Below the pieces are notes generated by a model. That model had not been told where the DNA came from. It searched no databases and worked only from the letters and a program-made list of their open reading frames with translations. DNA of 64,000 bases. It comes from Heteronotia binoei (taxonomy: Eukaryota). A program made the translations under genes and the position numbers. The stretch lies in contig NC_083223.1 in NCBI RefSeq assembly GCF_032191835.1, forward strand, positions 252,836,001 to 252,900,000, read 5' to 3'. Position 1 is the first letter of the stretch. Each line of letters opens with the position of its first letter. Shown one piece after another: positions 12,531-22,910 of this stretch.

Positions 12531-13772
12531 AGCCAGCCTGCAGCTTGGAGAATGCATTCAAAGTTGCTTTCTTTCCACCTCTCTTCCCCTCCTCCCTCCC
12601 CATCTATTTTCCTTCCTTCCAGCTCTCAAACATCTGATGTGGCTCTTACATTAAGTTTGTCCCCTCCTACACCGCTTCAGACCAACACAGCTACCAACCT
12701 GAACAAATAAATACTATTAGAGAATGCCCGCTTCCATTATAAGCTTGTTTATGAAAGCCTAATTACTGTGTTCTTAACGTAGACTAAATTCACATATATA
12801 GTACCTACACAAGGCCATGTAATTCACATATATAGTACCATCTATCCATCATTGTTACATAGATACTTAAAGGACAGCAATTACAAGCTTTTTTACCCCC
12901 AAAGCAAGCAGGTCACAGGCTCCAAGAAGAAGCTCTCAATCAATACAACTCCTATTTATAGGCTTTTAAAATAACCTCTTAAAAATAGCTCACTGTCCCA
13001 TCACTCATTATCTCATAACCTCAAACACCATACAAGGTTATTTATACTTAAAATAACTTCTGAAAATACACAAAGAATTTCAATTCATTCTCACTACTTT
13101 TCATCTTTTTAAAAATAGCGATGACAAGGTTCTCACACATATGAATATTTTTTGGCTCTCAACCAACATTCCCACCCTTGAATCATATTTTCTGTGAAGC
13201 TGGACATTCTTGAAATTCTCAGACGCTTCTTCACCTGAGTCTCATCAAATGGTATCTACTGATAATGGGTTAGGTGGCTTCTAGACTACACAAGGCCATG
13301 TAATTATTGCCACTTTTGTCTTCTTACTGCCCTTCAAGGCTACTCTGTTCTGGACCTCTAGACCCTCTTCTTTAGCAGGCTTCCCTGAGAGGCCAGGTTT
13401 GTTTTGATAAGGTGTGCCACAACGTTATCTCATCTCTATGGTTAAGTCCAACAACTGTTCCCCTATATTTCTAGCCATACCTGTGAGAGGGGGGTTGCAT
13501 TTGAAACAGATTTCAAAGTCATAATGTCAAAACCCCTTGGGTGAACCCCAAGTTGGCATATGCCGTATAGGAGGCATACCCAAGACCAGAGGATATGTGG
13601 AGTTAACTGTGCTGGAGCTGGGCCAAGGCCCAGAATCTTATCAGAAATGAGGTTCAGATAGACTTCTTAGATTGCCTTGTCAGGCTATGCTCATGTATGA
13701 AAGTGAAAGAAAGAGAAAGCAAAGGTTTTATCAGGGCCAGACAGAGAAGCCAACACTATGCAGCTTGTAGAG

Positions 13773-14036
13773 CAGGGGTGGCCAAACTCGCTTAACAGAA
13801 GAGCCACAAAGAATAAACATGAGATGTTTGAGAGTTGTCAGGCATGATCGTTAGATGTTTGAAAGCCACAGGACAGGAAAGAAATGGGGAGGAGAGGTAG
13901 AAAGAAAGTAACTTTAACTATAAAGAGTCAAATGCCTTCTCCAAGCAAGCCAATGGGACAGCAGGGACTCTGAGAGCCACATAATGTGTGTGAAAGAGCG
14001 ACACGTGGCTCCCAAGCTATAGTTTGGCCACCCCTG
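13773..14036. mobile_element. hAT non-autonomous element, copy 2 (same family as 10244-10521)
   Basis: TIRs CAGGGGTGGCCAAAC / GTTTGGCCACCCCTG; perfect 8-bp TSD TTGTAGAG. Confidence 0.92.
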
Positions 14037-14090
14037 TTGTAGAGTTTTAAAGTAAAATTATAGCTTTCCTTGTAGACTTAAATGGATTCA

Positions 14091-14278
14091 GGGTTTGTTT
14101 GTTTTTTAGCAGGAACGCAGTTCTGGCTACCTTGGTGTCAGGGGTGTGGCCTAATATGCAAATGATATCCTGCTAGTTTTTTTCCTACAAAAAGCTGCGT
14201 GAAACTGGTGATGTCAGGGGGTATGGCCTAATATGCAAATGAGTTCCTGCTGGGGCTTTTTCTACAAAAAAAACCCTG
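14091..14278. mobile_element. CAGGGCTTTTTT...AAAAAAGCCCTG MITE family carrying ATGCAAAT motifs
   Basis: Inverted termini and an internal ggtgtggcctaatatgcaaatgag repeat. Other copies at about 23080-23198, 47758-47963, 48246-48365 and 52663-52771. Confidence 0.75.
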
Positions 14279-15165
14279 ACTGAACCAAAATGTATTGCTG
14301 CCAAGCCTGGGTTGTGAAATTCCTGCAGATTTGGGGGTTGAGTCTGGGAGGGGGCTCAGCAGGAATGTAATGCCAAAGAGTCCATCCTCCAAAGCAGCCA
14401 CTGCCCTAATGGGATCTGATCTTGGGGGGGGAGGGAATCACTAGTAATGGTAGAAGATCTTCAGGCCCCACTTAGAGACTGGAAATCCTAGAAGGCAGGA
14501 GGCATTATCACAGAGAAGGGGGGGGGGGGGGGGGAGAGAAGAGAAGAGAAGCAACTCCTGATGAGAACATAAAAGCAGCAAAACAAGATGCCAGATTATA
14601 TGATAGTGCATTTTACAAGAATCCAGAATTACCAGCCCCATATTGCTGATGAAGCTGGGGCAGAGAGGCTTGTCGGGTAGCAAACTAAACACTGGCGGCC
14701 TCCCAGATTACAGTCCACTTTCTTCACCACTATTCTGCCCACAAAGCTTCCGGACATACTGGGTTTGTAAAACAGCTCTTTTCCAGTTACTTTGGTTTCT
14801 CTTCCTCTTTCCTTATATTCGTTTTCTTCGGTGAGCTTCAAAGACAACAGTCGAAGGCCTACTGTTGCACGTGACACTTTCAGGGAGATAACAACCCCGC
14901 AACAGAGCAAGCGTGTGCCTCTGATCATATACAGAGTGCCTTTCTTCCTCTACAGTCCCTACTTATCTTCGCCATACTGAGGACTCAAAGGCAAGCTCCC
15001 TAGGCCAGACAGAAAGGCAGATGTCCGCCCCGGCACCAATTTTAAGCGTTAGCCACAGAACGGACTATAGCTAAATGATCCAATTAATATTTTTAAAAGA
15101 TAAATCTTAACAGGACAAGATTACCGTTCTAGAGTCTAGCCAACCGGCTGTGCCCCCGAACCTAC

Positions 15166-15252
15166 CTTCCGCCTGTAACCCGCTGGATCCCTCGCCAAGC
15201 TTCCCACCAGCCACAGGAGAGGCAGCGAAGCCCAGCTTCGCCTAACCAGCAT
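15166..15252 (-). CDS. GLMP: GLMP coding exon 1 (signal peptide, MLVRRSWASLPLLWLVGSLARDPAGYRRK)
   Basis: ATG at 15252 with an in-frame stop upstream; hydrophobic signal-like stretch; AAG|gtaggt donor in phase 0 joins VSLEY as in mammalian ...KTRQ|VSLE; CpG-rich context. Confidence 0.88.
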
Positions 15253-15420
15253 GTTGATTCCAATGTAGCAAGTCTTCGCCTGGCCACATGATGCAGCAGC
15301 TGATCATTCCGGTTCTTTCTTAAAAGGGCAAGGCGTTGGCCCCCTCTTAAAGGGGCAGCGGCATGTTAGAGTCCGTACCGTACAGAAAGGAATTTTGGAT
15401 TGAGACAGATTATTAGGATA
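15253..15420 (-). promoter_or_regulatory. GLMP: GLMP proximal promoter / 5'UTR with M-box/CLEAR-like E-box (TCATGTG, 15285-15291) and ETS site (CCGGAA, 15307-15312)
   Basis: Motifs read directly from sequence just upstream of the start codon; function inferred. Confidence 0.55.
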
Positions 15421-16140
15421 CATTTTCGGGTTGCCGAATCTGTGTTGGAAAATATCCGGCGAGTTTGGGGGTGTATTCAGGAAGGAGGGGTTTGGGAATG
15501 GAAGGGTCTCAGCATAGTACAATACCACAGAGTCCAACCTTCAAAACAGCCATTTTCTCCAGGGGAGCTGTTCTTTGCCAGGTGGAGATCGGTTGTAAAA
15601 GCGGGAAATCTGCAGGCTCCACTGGCAACCCTAATTTTGAATCCTTCTGTGCTGCATAAGTAACGAGAAGACAGTTTCTAAAGACAGTAGTTAAACTGTT
15701 GCAGCAAAACATTGACCAAGAATCTTGTGACTCCTTATGGATAGGACAATGCTTCTGTGCATGTGTTTGTTGTTGTTCAGTCGAGTCCGACTCTTTGCGA
15801 CTCCTTGGACAAAGGCACGTCAGGCCCTCCTGTCTTCCACCATCCTCCGAAGTCTGCTCAAATTCGTGTTTGTTACATCAGTAACACTGTCCAGCCGTCT
15901 CATCTTTTGCCGTCCCCTTCTTCTTTTGCCTTCTGTCTTTCCTAGCATCAGTATCTTCTCCAGGGAGTGCTCCCTTCTCATTTGGTGCCCGAAGTATTTA
16001 AGCTTCAGCTTTAGCATCTGACCTTCCAGGGAACAGTCTGGGTTGATTTCCCTTAGGCCTGACTGATTTGATCTTCTTGCAGTCCAAGGAGTCTCAGGAG
16101 TCTTCTCCAGCACCCCAGCTGTAAAGCATCTATTCTTCCG

Positions 16141-16397
16141 GAGAGCCAGTTTGATGTAGTGGTTAAGTGTGCGGACTCTTTGATCCCCCACTCCTCCACT
16201 TGCACCTGCTGGAATGGCCTTGGGTCAGCCATAGCTCTGGCAGAGGTTGTCCTTGAAAGGGCAGCTGCTGTGAGAGCCCTCTCAGCCCCACCCACCTCAC
16301 AGGGTGTCTGTTGTAGGGGAGGGAGATAAAGGAGATTGTGAGCCGCTCTGAGACTCTTGAGTGGAGGGCAGGATATAAATCCAATGTCTTCTTCTTC
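16141..16397 (+). mobile_element. tRNA-derived SINE (Squam2-like) inserted in BovB
   Basis: gagagccagtttgatgtagtggttaag head, gggcaggatataaatcc tail plus (tct)n. Other copies at 27825-28085(-), 35860-36122(-), 44400-44655(-), 48890-49110(+) and 53469-53730(+). Confidence 0.8.
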
Positions 16398-16928
16398 TAC
16401 ACTCGGCCTTCCTTATGGTCCAGCTCTCACAGCCATACATTACGACTGGGAATACCATCACTTTGACTATACAGACTCTTGTTGGCAGGGTGATGTCTCT
16501 ACTTTTTATTATACTGCTCAGGTTCACCTTAGTTGTCCTCCCAAGGAGCAAACGTCTTTAATTTCATGGCTACAGTCACCATCTGCAGTGATCTTGGATC
16601 CCAGAAATGTGAAGTCTTTCACTACTTCCATATCTTCCCCTTCTATTTGCCAAGGTATGATGGGGCCAGATGCCATGATCTTAGTTTTTTTGATGTTGAG
16701 TTTCTACTTTTGTGCTTTCCTCTTTCACCCTCAACAAGAGGTTCTTTAGGTCCTCCTCACTTTCTGCCATTAGAATAGTGTCATCTGCATATCTGAAGTT
16801 GTTGATGTTTTTCCCGGCAATCTTAATTCCAGTTTGTGCTTTATCCAGGCCAGCATTCCTCATGATGTACTCTGCATATAAATTAAATAAGCAGGGTAAC
16901 AATATACCATATACCAATATACAATAAG

Positions 16929-17140
16929 GAGGGATGCTGGCTCAGTGGTAGAGCATCTGCTTGGTAAGCAGAAGGTCCCAGGTTCAATCCCTGGCATCTC
17001 CAAAAAGGGTCCAGGCAAGTAGGCGTGAAAATCCTCAGCTTGAGACCCTGGAGAGCCGCTGCCAGTCTGAGAAGACAATACTGACTTTGATGGATCAAGG
17101 GTCTGATTCAGTATAAGGCAGCTTCATATGTTCATGTTCA
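16929..17140 (+). mobile_element. tRNA-derived SINE with CR1-like tail (Squam3-like) inserted in BovB
   Basis: A box ggctcagtggtagagc, B box ggttcaatccc, tail gtataaggcagcttcatatgttca. Other copies at about 24985-25210(-), 45670-45845(-), 50770-51190(-, two in tandem), 54995-55180(+) and 59652-59865(+). Confidence 0.82.
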
Positions 17141-17209
17141 TCCTTGACAAACTTATTTTCCTATTCTAAACCAATCAGTTGTTCCATATCCCATTCTGAC
17201 AGTTGCTTC

Positions 17210-17607
17210 TGTCGGAGCGGGAGTAGCAGAGTGAGGGAGATGACTTGCCCGACACAGGGCTTCAGGAAAGAAAATCAGGCAGACACGTGCAACTAGTGCC
17301 AAAAGGTGTATTAACATATATACACAACAAGTGCTCTCTTGTGCAGTCTATACAATATCACCTCCACGGACAAAGTGCTTCGCCTAACCACCATCTCACA
17401 GGGAGAGACCTGTGTGATGCACACACAGATCATATATAGTCCAAGCAGCCAATCCTGGCCATGCTGACTCAGCAGATTGCATCACTTGGCTTCTGCCGGC
17501 TCAAGCCGGTCTGCTGATCAGGTCACTGTGACCTAGCCTGGCAGCTAGATCGCCAGCTGTCATACTGTGGCTGTCAGACTGGGTTTATGTAGATTCTTGC
17601 TCCAACA
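17210..17607 (-). repeat. Copia 3' LTR
   Basis: Identical by visual comparison to 20532-20929; preceded on the minus strand by the PPT atagattaggaggtg (17608-17622). Confidence 0.97.
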
Positions 17608-17693
17608 CACCTCCTAATCTATTTAAACCCAGTATACCCAAAACACTTTACACAGTTTACATACATGTCCACCAGCAACATTACAGTTCATAT

Positions 17694-20354
17694 TTACGTA
17701 GCTCGGAACCCTTTCCGGAATTCGTTCAGGAACTCATCATGATTGTAAAACACATCATCGTGTTCCTGTTCAGCCAGCTCTTTCAGACGCTTGGCTTCAG
17801 CCTCCTTCTCCCTTGCCTCGCACTCTGCCACCCAGGCTTTCCATTTCTTAGCCTTTTCTTTTAACATTTCCTCTAATCCGGGTGGGTCTGGATTGACAGT
17901 CAGAGTGACATAGGGACACTTGTACCTAGCGGGACGTTGGCCTTTGGTGGACCTGGCAGACACCCGTGGCCCTGTGCTTGGACCAGCTTTGTCTTCTTCG
18001 GGTTGCTCTGTTCCCACCTCCTGGGCTGGTTGCTCTGCCCCTGTAATTGGGTGTTGAACCTCCTGACTCTCACACTTTACCTCCAGTTCCTGCATTTGAG
18101 GCTCTGCCTCCTGACTCTGCTCGTCGGGCTCTGTGCCAGCATTCGGCTCACCTTCTCCAGCCCCACTGGGTGCCACCTCCTGGGCTGGAGTTCTGGGCTG
18201 CGCTCCAACATCGTTATCGCTACTTGGCAGCAGGACAAATTGTTTCTGCAAGGAGTGCAACCTTGGCCAGCTGCTCTCTTCATTGAACTGGGCACTCTGA
18301 CTAAGTGTTATCTTGCTTTTGCTATTGCAGAAACGATAACACCTGGCCCTTGGCTTGTAGCCCAGAAAAATTAGGCTCTCTGCCCGGACATCCCCCTCCC
18401 CGCTACTCGTGGAGTGGATGCCAACCCGAGCCCGTGACCCAAAGACTTTTAAAGAACTCAAATCTGGGGTCTTGTTCAACAGTAACCTGTAAGGCACATT
18501 TTTCACAGTATTACACCAAACCCTATTTTGCAAAAAAACAGCTGCATGTATGGTTTCTGCCCAATAGGTCATTGGCAGTTGTGCATCCTCTAACATGCAA
18601 TACATCACATTCTGCAATACAGCCCCATGCCCATTTTCTCGGGGCGTTGCCGGGTTCGTCAGACGGTGGGCAATGCCCTTGTTCTCCAGCCAACGTTTCA
18701 TCTGGTTAGATAAGAATTCCCCCCCTCTGTCGGTTTGTACAGCTAGGAGATTAACCCCTAATTGTCTCTCCACTGCTTTGACCCACTTGGTGAATGTCTT
18801 ATACACCTCAGACTTATGCACCATGGTGAAAACCCACGCGTACCTCGTGTGGTCGTCGGTGGCCACCAAGCAGTATCTCCTCCCCGACAGACTCTTTGGC
18901 AATGGGCCACAATAACGTCTAAATGGACTAGTTCCAGGGCTCGTGTGCTTTCCCTTGAGCTTTCTTTAGCAACAGCACACGCCTTGCTTTTGGTCTTCTT
19001 GCAGACCTGGCAATCCAAGTAACATTTGCAAGGATTTACTTTCAAACTAGGCACAAGCTCCAGGGTTTTCTTTAACGCCCTAAATCCGCAGTGCCCAAGT
19101 CTCCTATGGAGCAAATGTATACAATTATTGTGCACAGGCTCATTCGACACCTGAGCCACCTGGGCACAATCACTCTGGACCACATACAGTTTACCTCCCT
19201 CTTTCCTGTCACAAGCAACTTTCCCCCACCTCCCAGGATTTTGCAGCAGGTTTTCTCAAATCTCACCTGGTATCCCTGGTCAAACAGTGTGCTAACACTC
19301 AACAGGTTAGACTGCAGTGAGGGTACATACAACACATTTTGCAACATTACATTTCAGTGCAGGAAATTCCACATTGCCTGAGCAAACAGAATTGGCAGTG
19401 GTCCCATCAGCCAATCTCACATACTTATGCTCAGGACTGTCAATGTTTTTCAACAACTCCTTCTCGCAGCAGAGATGGCTCGTTGCCCCGGAGTCTAAAA
19501 TCCAAGCAGACCCCTGTGCTCTCTACTGCAGACGTGACCAGCCGGGTTGCTTCCTCACACGGGCTGGCGGTCCTCCGCTCTCGCCGCACACGCCCCCGCC
19601 TCTTCTCCTCTCAGGGCAAGCTCGGAGCAGGTGCTGCGACGACCCGCATCCATAGCAGCGACGGACTGCAAACGCAGTCGGCTCCACTTCCTCCACCTTC
19701 GGACGCCTGCCAGCAGCAGAAGCTGGCTCATTCTTGGCTGTCTTCCCGGACACACCGATAACAGCACGCTGCCCGGCCGACACCCCCGGACAGCTCACGG
19801 CCGCAATTCTCTCTTGGAAGTCAAGCAGGTGGGCACAGACGTATTCCATGGTCAGGGTCGCTACGTCCACCGTCTCCAGAGAAGTTATCAGGGGAGTGTA
19901 CTCAGGTGGCAACGACGACAGCAAAATGTACACTCTGTCGTCTGGAGCTACAGTCTTGCTCTTGCCTCCAGCTCAACGAAACAGTCCGTTAGCCGTTTGA
20001 TGTGATCTTTCACACACCCTCCAGCCGGCATAACGGTGCGGAACATCCTCCTTGTCAAGGCCATGAGGGAACCAGCAGTGGTGCTAACATGCACCGCACT
20101 CAACGCGTCCCAGGCAGCCTTGGGAGTGTCCTTCCCTCGCACATAAACCAGCTGGTCATCTCCTATAGATAGCACTATGTTGGCCAGTGCCTTATCCGAT
20201 AACACAGTCTCGGCAGGAGATAAGTCAGCAGGGGGGTTACTCACGAACAGCATTGCCCTTCACGCTTGAGGTAGTGTTGCATTCTCAGGCTCCACACCGC
20301 GTAGTTGGCTGAGGTGAGCTTCTCAACGGCTACTCCAAGCTGTTGCTGAGCCAT
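17694..20354 (-). pseudogene. Disrupted Copia gag-protease-integrase polyprotein
   Basis: Starts MAQQQLGVAVEKLTSANYAVWSLRMQHYLK at 20354. About 5 frameshifts (near 20254, 19950, 19348, 19195, 18908) and an in-frame TAG at 19523-19525. Ends with TAA at 17694. Confidence 0.9.
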
Positions 20355-20500
20355 CGTGCCGACTCCTCCTCACAGCTGGCTGCCGACGTCCCTCTGGCTC
20401 TCAAACAGAGAACGGTGGTGCTTCTGTGTCCTTCACCGGCGTTCCTCGCCTCCGGCTCTTTCCAAACTCACAGTCAGCTCAACTCTCAACTCTCTCCTCC

Positions 20501-20531
20501 GCGCAGCGGAACCGCCCTGGGCCCATAACCC
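20501..20531 (-). other. Extended primer-binding site complementary to the tRNAiMet 5' half
   Basis: Plus strand GCGCAGCGGAACCGCCCTGGGCCCATAACCC vs vertebrate tRNAiMet nt 10-40 (from memory) GCGCAGCGGAAGCGTGCTGGGCCCATAACCC: 28/31 identical, abutting the 5' LTR. Confidence 0.9.
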
Positions 20532-20929
20532 TGTCGGAGCGGGAGTAGCAGAGTGAGGGAGATGACTTGCCCGACACAGGGCTTCAGGAAAGAAAATCAG
20601 GCAGACACGTGCAACTAGTGCCAAAAGGTGTATTAACATATATACACAACAAGTGCTCTCTTGTGCAGTCTATACAATATCACCTCCACGGACAAAGTGC
20701 TTCGCCTAACCACCATCTCACAGGGAGAGACCTGTGTGATGCACACACAGATCATATATAGTCCAAGCAGCCAATCCTGGCCATGCTGACTCAGCAGATT
20801 GCATCACTTGGCTTCTGCCGGCTCAAGCCGGTCTGCTGATCAGGTCACTGTGACCTAGCCTGGCAGCTAGATCGCCAGCTGTCATACTGTGGCTGTCAGA
20901 CTGGGTTTATGTAGATTCTTGCTCCAACA
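20532..20929 (-). repeat. Copia 5' LTR
   Basis: TG...CA termini, 398 bp; contains TGCTGACTCAGCA (20784-20796), a CCAAT box and TATATA. Confidence 0.97.
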
Positions 20930-22189
20930 GCTTCTTGACCCTTATACAGGTTTCTCAGGAGACTTGTGAGGTGGTCTGGTACTCCCATCTCTTTGAGGAC
21001 TAACCACAGTTTGTTATGATCAACACAATCAAAGGCTTTAGCATAGTCAATTAAGCAGAAATAGACTTTTTTTTTATACTCCCATGCTTTCTCCATAATT
21101 CATCGAATGTTGGCAATTTGATCTCTAGTTCCTCTACCCCTCCGAAACCCAGCTTGAATTTCTGGTAGTTCCCGATCTACATACTGCTGAAGCCTAGCTT
21201 GTAGGATCTTTAACATGACCTTGCTGGCATGTGAAATGAGTCCAATTGTAGGATAGTTTGAACATTCCTTGGCATTACCCTTCTTTGTGATTGGAATATA
21301 AACTGATCTTTTCTTTTAGCCTTTTGTTACTGTTCATGGGGTTTTCTTGGCAAGGATACTGGAGTGGTTTGCCATTTCCTTCTCCAGTGGATCACATTTA
21401 GTCTGGGTTCTCAGCTGTGGCCTGTCCATCTTGGGTGGCCCTGCATGGCATAGCCCACAGCCTCATTGAACCGCGCAAGCCCTCTTGCCAGGACAAGGCA
21501 GCAATCCATGAGAGGGTGTGCATGTGTAGACTGCATATAATAAAGAATGCATCTTTTTCATTTTACAACAGTTGCATGTGGACGAGCACCTGGCTCCCCT
21601 CACTGTCTTCAGGTGCAGCTGAAGATGATTTGATTCAGAATGGTATTTCATTAGTTTCCCCCCTCTATTGGCAGTTTTCTGTAATTTTTGTGTTCTATGT
21701 GCTCTCTTTACATTGTAAGCCACCATGAGTTCTGTAAGGCGTGATGACGGCCAATAAATGTTTTAAATAAATAAAGTCTTTAGAATTGAGGCTTCTTTTG
21801 AGGTCCCCAAGAGGTAAACCATTATTTATTGCTACAAGCCAGATGGATTCTGTTATGACTAGCAGAAGTGAGGATAGAAGAAAAATATGTCTGATGTAAG
21901 GAACTCTGGAGGGTGCATCTGTTCTTATTCATCAGAGATGGTTCCTGGTAAATCACTGATCCTGTTTATTGTCTTAGGAAGATGTCAAAAATGCTTGTTT
22001 TGTGTTTGTATACGTGTGTATGCGCATATTGAAGTACCTACACTAACTTACCCTCCATCCTTTCCCTTAAATGCTGACAGTTTCCAATAATTTACTATTA
22101 CTCCATAATGAAAAGTCAAATCCATAATGAAATACATCGTTAAAGGGTGGTAGTCAATTAACTAACACTCCTCATGACAGAATTCCTGC

Positions 22190-22910
22190 TAGAACACACT
22201 ACTGGTCCATCTAATCCAGTATCCTGTTTCACACAGTGGCCAACCAGTTACTCTGGAGGGCCAAGAATCAGGGCCAAGAGGAAGAGGCCTTCCCCTGATG
22301 TTGCCTCCTGGCACTAGGTTTCAGAGGCAGAGTGCCTCTGCATGTGAAGGTTCTCTTTGCTCACCATGCCTGGTAACTACTGATAGACCTATCCTCCAGG
22401 AATCTGATTCCCTTTTAAAGCCATTCATACTTGTGGCCACCACTACATCCACTGTCAGTAAATTCCATAAATTATTTACTAATTGAGTAAAGTCGTGTTT
22501 TCTTTTGCCCCTCCTGAATTTATTGCCTATTAACTTTATGGGATGCTGCCTAGTTCTAGTGTGACAGGAAATCTGTAAAAAGTCCCTCTGCCCACTTTCT
22601 CCACCCTATGCAGAGTTTTCTAATATTTATCCTAACTCCCCCATTGCCTTTTTTTTCTAAAATGAAAAGTCTCATACTTCAGTTCTTCCTCCCAGGAAAG
22701 ACTTTTTCCACTTCCCTGACTCATCTCAGTTTCCCTCTTCTACACTTTCTACAGCTCTTCGGGAACTAGGGGAGAATACTATAAAATAAATTAATGCAGT
22801 TTATTATGAACATTCTGATGGCACCTGGGTTTTTTGGCCACTGTGTGACACACAGTGTTGGACTGGATGGGCCATTGGCCTGATCCAACTTAGCTGATCT
22901 TATGTTCTCT
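22190..22910. mobile_element. Old CR1 3' fragments (minus 22190-22790; plus-strand tail 22820-22910)
   Basis: Degenerate similarity to the CR1 3' ends elsewhere in the window. Confidence 0.6.

Larger units (their letters stand above)
17210..20929 (-). mobile_element. Ty1/Copia LTR retrotransposon, non-autonomous (gag-PR-IN, no RT/RNase H)
   Basis: TG...CA LTRs of 398 bp; 5-bp TSD GCTTC (17205-17209 and 20930-20934); PBS GGTTATGGGCCC; PPT; gag CCHC (CYGCGSSQHLLRAC), protease WILDSGATSHLC, HHCC zinc finger and rve core in Copia order (PR-IN). Confidence 0.97.
15765..21515 (-). mobile_element. BovB (RTE clade) LINE, fragmented by three nested insertions
   Basis: Collinear RT pieces on the minus strand: IDYAKAFDCVDHNKLW...LYKGQEA | TVRMGYGTTDWFRIGK | NLYAEYIMRNAGL...RYADDTILMAES | SLEKILMLGKTEGKRRRGRQKMR; (caa)n tail at about 15765-15778. 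Confidence 0.92.

Noticed and set aside
16929-17005. tRNA genes (also at about 59655, 25885 and 16141)
   Set aside because: The tRNA-like heads run straight into SINE bodies repeated many times in the window, with no proper acceptor stem or Pol III terminator.
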